Below the pieces are notes generated by a model. It had not been told where the DNA came from and did not search any database. It was given only the letters and a program-made list of their open reading frames with translations. The position numbers were made by a program, and so were the translations under genes. Shown here piece by piece: positions 27,954 to 37,149 of a DNA stretch of 64,000 nucleotides. The stretch is from an uncultured Muribaculaceae bacterium (lineage in GTDB: Bacteria > Bacteroidota > Bacteroidia > Bacteroidales > Muribaculaceae), in NCBI GenBank assembly GCA_910579605.1, contig CAJTUG010000001.1:12577-76576 (forward strand), written 5' to 3'. Position 1 is the stretch's first letter. The number at the start of each line of letters is the position of its first letter.

Positions 27954-30839
27954 TCAAGCTGCTTTGCTTGCTTTGTTTTTGCGGCTGTCTGTGAGGTAAG
28001 CAACGGGGCAGGCAATAAAGATTGTTGCCAATGTACCGATGATTACGCCAAACAACATTGCGAATGTGAAGCTGCGGATAGCGTCGCCACCAAGGATGAA
28101 GATGCACAACAACACAAGGATTGTAGAGCAAGATGTCATGATTGTACGGCTCAAGGTAGTGTTGATTGAGCTGTTAACCAAATTGTAGAACGACTGCTTG
28201 GGATACAATGCTATATTTTCGCGAACACGGTCGAATACAACCACGGTGTCGTTGATCTGATAACCGATAACAGTCAAGATTGCTGCTATGAAGCTTTGGT
28301 CTACTTCCATTGCAAAGGGGAATACTCCATAGAATATAGAGTAGAAACCTATGATGGTGAAAGCAGTGAAAGCTACGGCTGCCAATGCACCTACAGAGAA
28401 TGCGATGTTGCGGAAACGTATCAAAATATAGAGGAACATTGCCAAGAGAGCGATGGAAACAGCGATATAAGCGTCGCGTTTCATGTCGTCGGCTACAGAA
28501 GGCCCTACTTTTTGCGACGATACGATACCTTGAGAAGCGTCTGTGGTAGAGAATTCTTCGGCTGTCATGCCTTGGCGGAGGTAAGGCTTGAGGGCTTCGA
28601 AGAGTTTACCTGTAATTTCTGTCTCGGTTTCAGGTCCGTCGAATTCTGTCTGGATCTTGTAGTTGGTAGATACACGTACTTGGTTGGAGCTTTCAATTGT
28701 GATTACCGAGGTAGAAGCATCAGGGAACTGTGCAGACAAAACATCCTGAAGTTCTTGAGTGCTGACTGGCTGCTCAAACTTGACAATGTAGTTGCGTCCA
28801 CCCGAGAAATCGATACCTTGGTTGAGCCCGCGTAAGCAGAGAGATGCGATGACCACTACAATAACAATTGCTGCAACAATTCCGCTCAGTTTGGACTTGG
28901 CAAGGAAATTGAAATGTGTGTTGACAAACATTTTCTTTGACAAGCCTGTGCCGAAGGTGAGGTTGTTGAAAGCCTTGCTTTTGCTATACCACAAGAAGAA
29001 CAAGCGGCTCAGATAAACTGCGGTGAAGAACGAGCAGATGAGGCCGATGATGAGCGTTGTGGCAAAACCTTTGATAGGACCTGTGCCGAAAACCAAGAGG
29101 ATAACACCTGTTATGATTGAGGTCAAGTTGGAGTCAAAGATTGCAGAGAAAGCATTGCTGTAGCCGTCGGCCAAAGCGTTGCGCACGTTCTTGCCGGCGC
29201 GGAGCTCTTCTTTTGTGCGTTCAAAGATAAGCACGTTGGCGTCTACTGCCATACCGAGCGAAAGAACGATACCGGCAATACCGCTCATGGTGAGTACGGC
29301 TTGGAACGAGGCAAGGATACCTATGGTGAAGAAAAGGTTGCAAATCAAGCACAAGTTGGCGATGAGACCTGGAACCACACCGTAGAAGGCTATCATGAAA
29401 ATCATCAAGAGCACAAGGGCTACGATGAAGGAAATGAAACCGGCTTCGATGGCTTGTTTACCGAGTGAAGGACCTACGACCATGTCGGAAATGATGTGTA
29501 CTTTGGCATCCATTTTACCGGATTTGAGTACGTTGGCAAGGTCTCGGGCTTCTTCGATAGTGAAATCGCCGGTGATAGACGATTGACCGCCTTCGATCTT
29601 ATCGTTTACGTTGGGGGCAGAGTATACTTTATCGTCAAGAACGATAGCAACTTGTTTGCCTTTGTTCTGGCCGGTGATGCGAGCCCAATTGCGAGCACCC
29701 TCGTTGTTCATGCGCATGGAAACTTCGTTGCCGCGCATGGGGTCGTAGTTGGAAGAAGCGTCGCTCACGGCAGAACCGTCGAGAGCTGCTTTGCCTCCGT
29801 TGGCCTTGAGGCTATAGAGGGCAAAACCAAAATTGTGTTCGTTGCCGTTGTTGTCTACGTGTACGGTGGGTTTTACGGCCCAACGTAGACGGAGGTCGGA
29901 TGGCAACAGGCGTTTAGCGGCAGGAGACGCAAGGATTTCGTCGATTTGAGCCATTGTACGTGCGTCGGGGGCGTAGCCAACGGTAGCGCCATAGCCGGGA
30001 TTCTGCAAAAGAGCCATCAAAGGCATGGCATTCAGTGTAGTATCGGCATTGGCAGCGCTTGCAAGCGTGCTCAAGGCGTTGCTTATTTCCTGAGCGGTGT
30101 ATGTTTCGTAGAACTCAAGGTTGGCCGAGCGCTGGAGAAGGTCGCGTACGCGTCCGTGGTCTTTCACGCCGGGAAGCTCAAGCAGAATCTGGCCGTCTTT
30201 GCCCTGGAGAACCTGGATGTTTGGAGATACGACGCCAAACTGGTCAATACGGTTGCGGAGGACGTTTGTGGCAGAATTGTCTACGTTGTTTTTAATTTCA
30301 TTTTTGAGAGTAGACTTAACGGCATCGTCGTTTGAACCAGATTTAACCACGTTTTGGAAAACCACAGAGAAATCTGCCTGAGGTTTGGCCGCGCGGTAGA
30401 GGTTGACGAAAGAACCCACAAAATCATCGCTCTGGTGTGTGTTCACCATTTTGTCGGCACCTGCCAAGGCGGCTTCAAATACCGAATCGGTATCGCCGGC
30501 TTTCATTGAGCGCAACATGTCGGGCATGTCTACTTGGAGAATCACGTTCATACCGCCTTTGAGGTCAAGGCCGAGGCCTACGCCCCATTTGCGAACGTCG
30601 TTGAGTGTGTAGTAGCCTAAGTACACTTTTTTCTCGCCGAGAGAATCCATGTAGTGCTTGTAGGCTTGGTTGTAGGCAGCATCATCGTTGTCGCCGCTTT
30701 CGACTCTGGCATATTCTTCTGCACGGCTTTCGTATTTGTTACCGATGAAGGTAAACGAAAGGTAGAACAAACATACCAAAACCAAGAAAACAGCTATCAC
30801 GCCTGCTACGACGCTACCCAATTTTCCTTTGCTTTGCAT
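27954..30839 (-). CDS. secDF: protein translocase subunit SecDF (fused)
   Basis: 961 aa. SecD periplasmic domain followed by two 6-TM bundles; the fused form is typical of Bacteroidota. Confidence 0.95.
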   Translation of the reverse strand: MQSKGKLGSVVAGVIAVFLVLVCLFYLSFTFIGNKYESRAEEYARVESGDNDDAAYNQAYKHYMDSLGEKKVYLGYYTLNDVRKWGVGLGLDLKGGMNVILQVDMPDMLRSMKAGDTDSVFEAALAGADKMVNTHQSDDFVGSFVNLYRAAKPQADFSVVFQNVVKSGSNDDAVKSTLKNEIKNNVDNSATNVLRNRIDQFGVVSPNIQVLQGKDGQILLELPGVKDHGRVRDLLQRSANLEFYETYTAQEISNALSTLASAANADTTLNAMPLMALLQNPGYGATVGYAPDARTMAQIDEILASPAAKRLLPSDLRLRWAVKPTVHVDNNGNEHNFGFALYSLKANGGKAALDGSAVSDASSNYDPMRGNEVSMRMNNEGARNWARITGQNKGKQVAIVLDDKVYSAPNVNDKIEGGQSSITGDFTIEEARDLANVLKSGKMDAKVHIISDMVVGPSLGKQAIEAGFISFIVALVLLMIFMIAFYGVVPGLIANLCLICNLFFTIGILASFQAVLTMSGIAGIVLSLGMAVDANVLIFERTKEELRAGKNVRNALADGYSNAFSAIFDSNLTSIITGVILLVFGTGPIKGFATTLIIGLICSFFTAVYLSRLFFLWYSKSKAFNNLTFGTGLSKKMFVNTHFNFLAKSKLSGIVAAIVIVVVIASLCLRGLNQGIDFSGGRNYIVKFEQPVSTQELQDVLSAQFPDASTSVITIESSNQVRVSTNYKIQTEFDGPETETEITGKLFEALKPYLRQGMTAEEFSTTDASQGIVSSQKVGPSVADDMKRDAYIAVSIALLAMFLYILIRFRNIAFSVGALAAVAFTAFTIIGFYSIFYGVFPFAMEVDQSFIAAILTVIGYQINDTVVVFDRVRENIALYPKQSFYNLVNSSINTTLSRTIMTSCSTILVLLCIFILGGDAIRSFTFAMLFGVIIGTLATIFIACPVAYLTDSRKNKASKAA

Positions 30840-30894
30840 GTAAAAATTATGGTTTAGAAATTAATAAATTTCAATATAAAAAGTTTTTGGCTCG

Positions 30895-30902
30895 CAAATA
30901 TA
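30895..30902 (-). promoter_or_regulatory. -7 box (TATATTTG) for secDF
   Basis: The plus strand reads caaatata, about 56 nt upstream of the secDF ATG. Confidence 0.45.
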
Positions 30903-30942
30903 GTGAAAAATCCCCATATGAGTACAATATGGAACGGTTTTT

Positions 30943-32763
30943 TTATAGTTTTAGCGCAACGCCGGCCATTCCGTGGAATCCCGGAGTGGTGTAGAATGGC
31001 GCGAAAGTATCGGTTTTGCCAAGCATGTTTTCAAGGGCGAGGAACACATTGAGTTGCCGGTTGATGGAATAGCTTGCTTTAATGTCTAAAAGATCCAGAG
31101 AAGCTAATTTGCGCGAAGAAATATCTGTGGCACCGTCTGGGCCGAGGAATGTTTCTATGGCGCTTCGGTGGCTGCGAATAGAGTAGCTTGCGGCTATGTT
31201 TAGCTTTTCTATCGGCTTGAGGCTCAAATCAAAACTTGCTATCCTGCGGGCATGGTCGTATATGTCGGCGAATCCTTCGCCTGCTTTTGCCGGATAGAAA
31301 TCTATCTGTGCGGCAATTTGGCCGTAGTTGCGGTAGGCATATGCTATTTTGCCTCCGAAAGACCAGCCTTTCAAGTCGGTGGTGGAGAAGCATGTGCGGT
31401 ATATTAGCGGCATTGCCGACCCTACGGCGGAGTATGTTTCGCCACCGAAAGTTGCGGCACGTTTTGTCTGCGCAATGCGACTGCGCACTTCGATTTCTAA
31501 ACCTTCTATCGGTTTGATGTTAGCGTTCAAGCGAACGTCGTATGGGGTGTAGCTGCTGTTGAGGGCGTGGTCTTGGGCAAAGAAAGGGGTTATCTGGTAT
31601 AGGTTGGCAAAGGTGTTGAATTTTTCGCCTCCTGTTGCTTTGATGCCTATTGCAAAACGCCCTGATGGTGTCCATGCAAAATTAATGTCGGGGGCTATGT
31701 GGAAGGTACTGTTTGCCGATCCTGTGGCTATATTGGCCATGAGTCCTATATGGGATGAAAAAGTATTACCTAAAGCCAGATCCCAATAAGGATTTACGTG
31801 GAAAATGCCTCGTGTATGCCCTTGTAATGGTTTGTTGTATAGGAATATATCGGAAACGGAAGGAGCGTTGTCGCGAAGGAATTCTGCTTGTAGGTCTATG
31901 GCCAAGGTAGATCCGGTAGAAAGGCAATCGGGCGCACCTAAAGAGACGTCTAACGAGTAGAGGTATTCTTTGGCGTTGTCGGGTCTGGCAAAATCTGAAG
32001 CTTCGGATAGTGAAAAAGAATATTCTCCGAAAGGACCTGATGCAGCCGTTTTGCCGTTTCCGAAATATTGGAAACCGGCTTTGAACGCGGCAAAAAATCT
32101 GTCGGATCTTCTGCGCAATCCTATTGCGCACTTCATGTCGTTTATGGACGTTTGACTCATGGATGAATATGAGCCGTCGGATAAATTGGAAGCTAAGTCG
32201 GAACTGCTGTGCATATAATTCAGATCCAAACCTAAGAGCCAACCTGTGGTGAATGTGTGGCCGAAATATATCCTGGCGTCAAAAATATTGAGTTTTTCGC
32301 GCATTTTAATTTCCGACATTGCGCTTCCATATTGCATGTTTTGGCGGTCGTTGAACTTGACATTGTTGCCAAGGTAGTTCAAGTTTATACCTAATGCAGT
32401 GTTTTTGTTGTCGATGAAGCGGTAGCCGGCTGTCGCGCCGAGGTTGTAGACAGGGAAATATCCGGCAGCGATGTATCCTCTGGATTCATGTGGCGTTATG
32501 GCGGATACTACCGGAGCTTCCGTGGCCGACGATTTTGGCGCAAATTGCGCAGCCATACCGTATTCTGTGAGATTGAGCGATTTGTTTTGGATAGACGGTT
32601 GGAGTATATGCGGCATTACCGTTTCCAAAGGAGAAGCTTCCGCCTCTACCGGCACAATAGTTCGGTCTACCTCTATCACGGTTGTCAAGTCTTCTGCCTT
32701 GGCTTGAAGGGCTGTGAATAAAACTCCGGCAGCCAGAGCTTTGATAGAATATGATTGTTTCAT
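30943..32763 (-). CDS. putative outer-membrane beta-barrel protein, function unknown
   Basis: Signal peptide ..ALQAKA, alternating aromatic/small residue strands, 606 aa. 10 nt downstream of the TPR gene. Confidence 0.5.
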   Translation of the reverse strand: MKQSYSIKALAAGVLFTALQAKAEDLTTVIEVDRTIVPVEAEASPLETVMPHILQPSIQNKSLNLTEYGMAAQFAPKSSATEAPVVSAITPHESRGYIAAGYFPVYNLGATAGYRFIDNKNTALGINLNYLGNNVKFNDRQNMQYGSAMSEIKMREKLNIFDARIYFGHTFTTGWLLGLDLNYMHSSSDLASNLSDGSYSSMSQTSINDMKCAIGLRRRSDRFFAAFKAGFQYFGNGKTAASGPFGEYSFSLSEASDFARPDNAKEYLYSLDVSLGAPDCLSTGSTLAIDLQAEFLRDNAPSVSDIFLYNKPLQGHTRGIFHVNPYWDLALGNTFSSHIGLMANIATGSANSTFHIAPDINFAWTPSGRFAIGIKATGGEKFNTFANLYQITPFFAQDHALNSSYTPYDVRLNANIKPIEGLEIEVRSRIAQTKRAATFGGETYSAVGSAMPLIYRTCFSTTDLKGWSFGGKIAYAYRNYGQIAAQIDFYPAKAGEGFADIYDHARRIASFDLSLKPIEKLNIAASYSIRSHRSAIETFLGPDGATDISSRKLASLDLLDIKASYSINRQLNVFLALENMLGKTDTFAPFYTTPGFHGMAGVALKL

Positions 32764-32772
32764 TCTGTTGTC

Positions 32773-35772
32773 TTATTTAAGTTTGGAGAGACGGGTTTCT
32801 ATCATATCGTGAATGTCGGCTTCATTACCGGGATAGTTGTCGCGGAGAGCTTCAAGGTATTCTTTTGCTTCGAATTTTTTGCCTTTTTCGGCATAAATAT
32901 CGCTCATTAGAACGAATCCCCGAGCCAACCAGTAACGATGCGGTGTTCCTGATGAAGTCAAAGCCTGAGCGGCTTTCATCGCTTTGTCGGTTTTGCCTTG
33001 GTCAAATAGAGCCTGAGCTGCATTGAATGCAGCTTTGACCCCATAGATATCGGATGTGTTTTCGGCTATAGAAGACCATTTTTCTATAGCTTCGTAGTTT
33101 TTTTCCTGAGCTTCCAGGGCAAGACCTATTGTGAATGTTGCTTCAGTTACAGATTCTGGGGCTATGGCTGTGGACTCTAAAAGTGCTTGGGCTGCTTCTC
33201 CCGCCTGTATGTAATCGCCGAGTTCCCGTGCGGAGCGCATAATGCCCAGACGTGCGTCGGCGGCTGTACGAGTGGAGGATGCTTTTTCAAGCAATTGCTT
33301 CCACTTGGCTAATGCCGAGGGAGTTGCGCCTGTGCTAAAATCAACCGAAGCTGATATTTTGAGAGCCTCTTCGGCATAGGGGCTATCTGGATACCGGGCC
33401 AAAAGACGTGCAGCCAATTCTGCGGCTTGTTCGTTTCGTCCGTCGGCGAATGCTTTTCCCATGACCGCGTCGATAGCTTCCGGCGCAAGTTTGGAGTCGG
33501 GATGAGAGTCGGCAAATCCAATGAGGCTTGATTCGTCTCCACGGCTTTTGAAAATACGCATTGCCGAGTCGAAAGACACCGCTTCGGCTTCGTCGTGGGT
33601 TATCTGGGGTGCATTTTCGACAGACTGGAGGAATGCTAAATATTCGTTTCCTCGTCCTTGGTCGGCCAAAATTGAACGAAGCATTCCCGAAGCTTGAGAA
33701 GCTTCGTCGGAGGTTGGGTATAGACTTATAACTTTTTTATATGCGTTTATGGCATCTTCCGTGCGATTCATGTCCAAGAGGGTCATAGCCATTTGGAGGT
33801 AGCCGCGTCGCCCTTGTGCGGTGAGCGGATATTTTTCTATGAGGAGTTTGTATGTTTCCACGGCTTGGTCGTTTTGCCCTATGCTGATTTGTGCTTGAGT
33901 TGTTTCCAAAAGTGCATCGGGTATTAACGACGAATTTGGGAAATCGTGGCGGAACTTTTCTAATGCCTCTAATTTTGCATGGTAATTTCTGGCAAAACCT
34001 TGCATACGAGCTTCGTTGAAGGCTGCGTAGTCGCCGTTGGATGGGTTTGCCGCACGTGCTTGGGCATATAATTCTGCAGCCATCAGGAATTGAGAGTCGT
34101 AATATTTGATATCGGCTCTGCGGTTGAGAATGTCGGCCTTGGCTGCATTTCCCAAATTGTAGTCTAACGCCTGGGCAAAAGTTTTATCGGCTTCGGCATA
34201 TTCTTTGAGAGCAAATTGCGCGTATCCTAACCCATATAGGGCTGCGCCTCGGTTTTGCGCGTTTTTTTGTGAAGTGCGCAAGTATTCTGCATACATGTTG
34301 GCCGCAGCCTGGTAATTACCTATCATAGCGGCAGCGCGAGCACGGAGCAGGAGTGTCTCGCAAGCAGTTGTGGTATTGTATTTTGCTAAGGCAGCAGCTT
34401 GGGAAAGGTATTTTTCGGCTTGGATTCCGTTGCCCGAAGCTATTTCTGCCGCACCGAGAGAGTAGAGCACTTGCTGTTTTGTGGCAAGCAGTTTCGGCCC
34501 GGGGTTTTTGACGGCATTGATGCGCGCGAGTGCTTTGGTATAATCTTTGTCTGCCAAATACCCTCCTGCCAGATACTCTGCCACCCGGTCGGAGTAAGGT
34601 CCGTCGGGATATTTAGTTAAAAATTTCTCGAAAGTGTCGGCAGCCGAAGAGAACGGTACGGCAGCTCCGCTGAATTTGGCTACGGCGTAGTTGTAGAATG
34701 CCGCTTCGGCAACCGACGAATCGCTTGTGTTTATTTTCATTGCTTTGTCGAAAGCCAGAATAGCAGCAGACGTGTCCCCTTGATGGTAAAGAGCTTGACC
34801 TAAGTATAGGAGCGCGGATTGAGTCAAAGTGTCGTCTTCCAAGGTTTTGCCGTCGTAGTCAACGACATTTCGGAGGTGCTTTATAGCCAAATCGTATTCT
34901 CCTTTTCCGTATTCTTCAATACCGAGGATATAGCATGCAGTAGGTAATGGGTTTGGTGTCGCAGCAATGTATTTTTTGAGGTGGTTGATTGCGGCGTAGT
35001 TGTCTCCCAGTTTATAGAGCGCTTCTCCAGCTATTCGGTTCATTTCGGCTTCGTCGGCGGAATTTAGTTTTCCGCTGCGCAAGAGCGATGTGGCAGTATT
35101 GGCGGCAGCTCGCCAATTACTCCTTACATAGTCTATTTCTGCCAGATAAAAATCTGCCATGTTGCCTGGCGCAACATTTTTGTCGGTCTGCCTTAGATAT
35201 TTTTCGGCTTCGTCGTAGTTTTCTTGACAGAAATATATGTATCCGAGATAGAATCGTGCGGCAGCCGCTCTTGGGTTTGCGGCCGTTATTTTGCTGAAAT
35301 ATTCAGCGCTTTTTTGCAAGTTGTGGCATTGCATGTATGCTATGCCGAGGCGGTAGTAAAAATCAGTTTTGTTGGCGGAGTCTAATCCTGATGGCTCTGC
35401 TTTGAGATATAGCTGAATGGCTTTGTTGAAATCACTTTGCATGAAAGAGCAGTCGGCTATGCGCATGCGGGCCAAAGAGCGATTTGGCGACTGCGGAAAT
35501 TTTTCCAGAAATATTTTGAAAGCTTCGGCGGCTTTTTCGTAGTTCCCTCTGCCAAAAAAAGCTTCGGCTTCTAAAAAACAGGCAGTTTGGTGTTGGCTTT
35601 CTGAAAGGGTACTGAAGTTGATCAATCCCAATTGGTCTAATGCAGCCTCGTAATTATTTTGAAGCAGGAAATCCTTGCAACGCTCCAGAGTACCGTTGTC
35701 GAGGGGATTGCTAATCTGTGCCATAACAGGCATAGAGGCGAGCAGAAAGACAGATATTATGTTTTTTTTCAT
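32773..35772 (-). CDS. large tetratricopeptide repeat protein (999 aa)
   Basis: Signal peptide MKKNIISVFLLASMPVMAQ and TPR-like units throughout. Confidence 0.8.
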   Translation of the reverse strand: MKKNIISVFLLASMPVMAQISNPLDNGTLERCKDFLLQNNYEAALDQLGLINFSTLSESQHQTACFLEAEAFFGRGNYEKAAEAFKIFLEKFPQSPNRSLARMRIADCSFMQSDFNKAIQLYLKAEPSGLDSANKTDFYYRLGIAYMQCHNLQKSAEYFSKITAANPRAAAARFYLGYIYFCQENYDEAEKYLRQTDKNVAPGNMADFYLAEIDYVRSNWRAAANTATSLLRSGKLNSADEAEMNRIAGEALYKLGDNYAAINHLKKYIAATPNPLPTACYILGIEEYGKGEYDLAIKHLRNVVDYDGKTLEDDTLTQSALLYLGQALYHQGDTSAAILAFDKAMKINTSDSSVAEAAFYNYAVAKFSGAAVPFSSAADTFEKFLTKYPDGPYSDRVAEYLAGGYLADKDYTKALARINAVKNPGPKLLATKQQVLYSLGAAEIASGNGIQAEKYLSQAAALAKYNTTTACETLLLRARAAAMIGNYQAAANMYAEYLRTSQKNAQNRGAALYGLGYAQFALKEYAEADKTFAQALDYNLGNAAKADILNRRADIKYYDSQFLMAAELYAQARAANPSNGDYAAFNEARMQGFARNYHAKLEALEKFRHDFPNSSLIPDALLETTQAQISIGQNDQAVETYKLLIEKYPLTAQGRRGYLQMAMTLLDMNRTEDAINAYKKVISLYPTSDEASQASGMLRSILADQGRGNEYLAFLQSVENAPQITHDEAEAVSFDSAMRIFKSRGDESSLIGFADSHPDSKLAPEAIDAVMGKAFADGRNEQAAELAARLLARYPDSPYAEEALKISASVDFSTGATPSALAKWKQLLEKASSTRTAADARLGIMRSARELGDYIQAGEAAQALLESTAIAPESVTEATFTIGLALEAQEKNYEAIEKWSSIAENTSDIYGVKAAFNAAQALFDQGKTDKAMKAAQALTSSGTPHRYWLARGFVLMSDIYAEKGKKFEAKEYLEALRDNYPGNEADIHDMIETRLSKLK

Positions 35773-35791
35773 GTCGTCGATTTTAAAAGCA

Positions 35792-35799
35792 CAAAATTA
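35792..35799 (-). promoter_or_regulatory. -7 box (TAATTTTG) for the TPR / beta-barrel operon
   Basis: The plus strand reads caaaatta, about 20 nt upstream of ATG 35772. Confidence 0.5.
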
Positions 35800-35945
35800 G
35801 TCAAAAAATCAGAGTTTCTATCAAGAAAGCGGTGTTCAATTTAGCTGTCAGAGATTTTTTGGAGATATTCTATGATATTTGTGCGGGAAATTTGTAAACT
35901 GTGATATTACGTTTATTGCAGCAGCCTTCAATCGAAAAAAATGTT

Positions 35946-35953
35946 TACCTTTG
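35946..35953 (+). promoter_or_regulatory. -7 box (TACCTTTG) upstream of the lipoprotein-macrodomain pair
   Basis: Matches TAnnTTTG, about 150 nt upstream of ATG 36104. Confidence 0.35.
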
Positions 35954-36103
35954 CGCCTGAAGATTTGCAATCGCAGACAAAAACCATAATGAGACCCAAT
36001 CGTTCCATAAAATAAGCATATTTAATGGAATTTTAGCCGCTAAAAAAGGTTTTAAAGGTCTATGCGTTTGCGAGGTGTCTGTTTTAGCTATAATCCGTAT
36101 TGT

Positions 36104-36583
36104 ATGGTAGTGATATATAAATTCTTATCAGCTTTTGCTGCAATTTTAATATTTGCTGTTTGTTTCAGTTCTTGTTCGGCTAATTCCGAGAGTGATGGTG
36201 GGGATTCGGTGAGACAGGTGCAGAATAACGCAACTGTCTCTAACAATTATTCATGCCCTCAAGCTTCAGAGGCACCGGCTGTATCGCCGTCTCATCAATC
36301 GTCGAACCAAACAAATAGAACAATCCCAAGCACAACGACAACACGTTCTGACGCTTTTCGCTTTGCTTTTGACTCCGGTAAACAATCAGGCTACTCCGAT
36401 GGACTAAAAGGGGAAAACAATTGTTCGGCTATGGCTTCTGTATATTCAGACGATTGGATTAAACAAGCGTTTATCCAAGGTTATGAACTTGGACAGGCCG
36501 AGGCCGGTTCGGAATCAGCCGGCTCAGAAGGGAATGAGTATGTTGATTGCGATGATGATTATTATTATGAAGATGATTATTAA
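36104..36583 (+). CDS. hypothetical lipoprotein with an acidic Tyr/Asp-rich tail
   Basis: MVVIYKFLSAFAAILIFAVCFSSC lipoprotein signal. Ser/Thr/Asn-rich linker. Ends EYVDCDDDYYYEDDY. Start chosen at M15 of the track ORF. Confidence 0.45.
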   Translation: MVVIYKFLSAFAAILIFAVCFSSCSANSESDGGDSVRQVQNNATVSNNYSCPQASEAPAVSPSHQSSNQTNRTIPSTTTTRSDAFRFAFDSGKQSGYSDGLKGENNCSAMASVYSDDWIKQAFIQGYELGQAEAGSESAGSEGNEYVDCDDDYYYEDDY

Positions 36584-36596
36584 GTAGGATTTTGTG

Positions 36597-37061
36597 ATGG
36601 TTAAGTATATTGAAAGAGGCGATATATTCGATATTGACGGTGTGAACAGCTATGCGCATGGCTGTAATTGTGCCGGGGCTATGGGTAAAGGGATAGCCCT
36701 GCAATTCAGATCCAAATTTCCGGCTATGTATACCGAGTATAGAGAGATGTGCTTGGCAGGGAAATATAATCCGGGGGATGTTTTTGATTATAATTATGGA
36801 AAGGGTCATGTCTATAATCTCGGTACGCAGCAAACATGGAGAACGAAGGCAAAGTTGGAGTATATAGAGCGGTCTGTGGTCGGTATGCTTGAATTGGCGT
36901 CTGGGGATAATGTGTCAAAAATAGCACTTCCTGCAATCGGGGCAGGGTTGGGCGGATTGCTGTGGAAAGATGTAAAAGCGGTTTTGGACAGGGTTTCTGC
37001 CGCTTATCCGAATGTTGATTTGTATGTTGTTGAAGCTTATGAACGCAATGATTCCATGTAG
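36597..37061 (+). CDS. stand-alone macro domain protein (TARG1/OARD1-like)
   Basis: GDIFDI..NSYAHGCNCAGAMGKGIALQF..ALPAIGAGLGGL. Collinear with human TARG1 motifs as I recall them. Lies 13 nt after the lipoprotein gene. Confidence 0.75.
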   Translation: MVKYIERGDIFDIDGVNSYAHGCNCAGAMGKGIALQFRSKFPAMYTEYREMCLAGKYNPGDVFDYNYGKGHVYNLGTQQTWRTKAKLEYIERSVVGMLELASGDNVSKIALPAIGAGLGGLLWKDVKAVLDRVSAAYPNVDLYVVEAYERNDSM

Positions 37062-37120
37062 AAAGCTCTATTTTAACAAATATTGTTAAGGTACGGCAAT
37101 TGAGTTCGCTGCGAAATTCT

Positions 37121-37128
37121 TATTTTTG
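37121..37128 (+). promoter_or_regulatory. -7 box (TATTTTTG) for lepB
   Basis: 22 nt upstream of ATG 37150 and inside the longer track ORF that starts at 37126. Confidence 0.5.
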
Positions 37129-37149
37129 CAAATTATTACTATAATAGCA

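Noticed and set aside
27933-28169. Cys-rich 78-aa plus-strand ORF (..CCQCTDDYAKQHCECE..) that superficially resembles a peptide precursor.
   Set aside because: It lies entirely antisense to the 3' end of secDF and starts inside the bidirectional terminator. No independent signals support it.
35773-36103. Possible replication origin: a long run of minus-strand genes to the left and plus-strand genes to the right of this 330-nt AT-rich gap.
   Set aside because: I found no DnaA-box cluster here. The only TGTGGATAA I noticed is a single copy at 57181 inside lptC. No dnaA or dnaN gene is nearby, and gene orientation switches again at 39.6 kb and 55.8 kb, so strand bias alone is not enough.
36597-37061. 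A DarTG-type toxin-antitoxin reading of the macrodomain gene.
   Set aside because: The protein is a bare macrodomain without the DarG C-terminal part. The only adjacent gene encodes an exported lipoprotein, not a DarT/DUF4433-like enzyme.
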